DNA from: Mobula hypostoma
Taxonomy: Eukaryota
Reading direction: 5' to 3'
DNA length: 64,000 bases
NCBI RefSeq assembly: GCF_963921235.1
Contig: NC_086097.1
Span: 236,222,001 to 236,286,000 of the forward strand
Shown here piece after piece: positions 62,256 through 64,000 of this stretch. Under the pieces are notes generated by a model. It was not told the DNA's origin and made no database searches. It was given only the letters and a program-made list of their open reading frames with translations. The position numbers were made by a program, and so were the translations under genes. Every line of letters starts with the position of its first letter. The stretch's first letter is position 1.

Positions 62256-64000
62256 TACAACATCTGGCATACTGCTAGTGTCTTCCACAGTGAAGACTGA
62301 TGCAGAATGCTCATTTAGTTCATCTGCAATCTCCTTACCCCCCCCCATTACAATTTCTCCAGCCTGATTTTCTAGCAGTCCTATACCCATGTTCATCTCT
62401 ATTTTTTACATACTTGAAAAAGTTTTTAGTGTCCATTTTGATATTGTTTGCTAGTTTGCTTTCGTATTCATCTTTCTCCTCCTAATGATTTTTTTAGGTG
62501 CTCTCTGTAGGTTTTTAAAAGCGTTCCAATCCTCTATCTTCCTGCTAAGTTTTGCTTTGTTGTATGCCCTCGCTTTTGCTTTTACATTAGCTTTGATTTC
62601 CCTTGTCAGTCACATTTGTACTATTTTGCCATTTGAGTATTTCTTCGTTTTTGTAACACACCTGTTATGCACTTTTCTCACTTTTCTCAGAGACTCACAT
62701 CATTGCTGCTCTGCTGTCATCCTGCCAGCAGCGCCATCTAATTTACTTTGGCCAATTCTTCTTTCATACCACAGTCATTTCCATTACTCCACTGAAATAC
62801 TGCTACATCAGACTTCAATATTTCCCTATCAAATTTCAAGGTGAACCCAATCATACTGTGATCACAGGCTCCTAAGGGCTCTTTTACCATCAACTCCCTA
62901 ATTGCCTCTGGTTCATTACAGAATACCAAATCCAGTACAGCTGATCCCCTAGTAGGCTCAATGACAAACTGCTCTAAAAATCTATCTCAACAAGCTCACT
63001 CTCTTGAGATCCAAGTCCATCCTGATTTTTCCAATCGACATGCATGTTGAAGTCTCCTATGACTATCATAACATGCCTTTTGACATGCCTTTCTATTTCC
63101 TGTTGTAACCTGTGGTCCACATTCCAGCTCCCATTGGGAGGTCTATATATAACTGCCAACAAGGTCTTTTCCCCTTGTGATTTCTTAACTCAAACCACAA
63201 GGATTCAACATCTTCCGATCCTGTGTAACATCTTTCTACTGATTTGATGTCATTCTTTACCAGCAGAGCCACGCCACCCCGTCTATCTACTTTCCTATCC
63301 CTCAGGTACGACATTTAACCTTGAACATTCAACTTCCAACTACAACCATACTTCAGCCACGGATGATGACCGCAACATTATACTTGACAATCTGTAATTG
63401 TGCAACAAGATTACCCACCTTATTTCTTATACTCCATTCATTGAGATATAACACTTTGAGTACTATATTTTCTACCCTTTTTGATTTTGCTAATCCAGAT
63501 TTCCCTAATGCATTAACACTCACCCTGCTGGTGGCAATTTTGTCCTATCATCTGCCTGCCCTTCCTGACAGTATGACTGCTCACTGTCTTTGCTTTTTTA
63601 CCACCTGATTCCGTTCATTCCAGTTCCCAACCCCCTGCCAAATTTGTTTAAAACCTCCCCAACAGCTCTAACAAACCTGCCCACTAGAATATTGGTCATC
63701 CTCTGTGCAAACTATCCTTTTTGTACGGGTCATACCTCCTCCAGAAGAGATCCCAATGATCCAAGAACCTAAAGCCTTGTGGCCTGCACCAGCTTCTCAG
63801 CTACGCATTTATCTGCCAGATCATCTTGTTTCCACCTTCACTGGCGTGTGGCAAAGTTAGCATTCCAGAAATTACTATCCTGGAGATCCTGCTTCTCAGC
63901 CTTCTGCCTGGCTCTCTAAATCCTCTCTTCGGACCTCATTGGTTTTCCTTCCGATGTCATTGGTACCAATATGTACCAAGAAATCTAGCTGCTCTCCCTC

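Larger units (their letters stand above)
59680..64000 (-). mobile_element. Old long CR1 (ORF1 end, APE, RT, 3' UTR), interrupted at ~61290-62260 and running off the window
   Basis: DRRGGVALLVK, IYRPPN, GDFN, CDH; RT remnants at 60300-61290. Confidence 0.85.

Overview
Vertebrate genomic DNA, inferred from its repeat families to be a cartilaginous fish, probably a ray. Most of the window is transposable elements: four young and many older CR1 LINEs, Rex1/Babar LINEs, one L1/Tx1, RTE-like and R4/Dong-like fragments, a V-SINE, a complete but decayed Gypsy provirus with a PNMA-like gag, a solo LTR, and a hAT-like DNA transposon with a 6-bp TSD. About ten Penelope-like (PLE) pieces are present. Several are short palindromic inserts with their own TSDs, and two retain an intact minimal hammerhead ribozyme core. 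The small non-repeat islands carry a colinear series of minus-strand, splice-site-bounded exons. Their translations resemble, by eye, the N-terminal stem of an inner-arm axonemal dynein heavy chain (DNAH6/DNAH14/DNHD1-like), with several stops and a frameshift, so this is a candidate decayed gene. Family assignments come from motif recognition only; no searches were run. Boundaries without a TSD are approximate.
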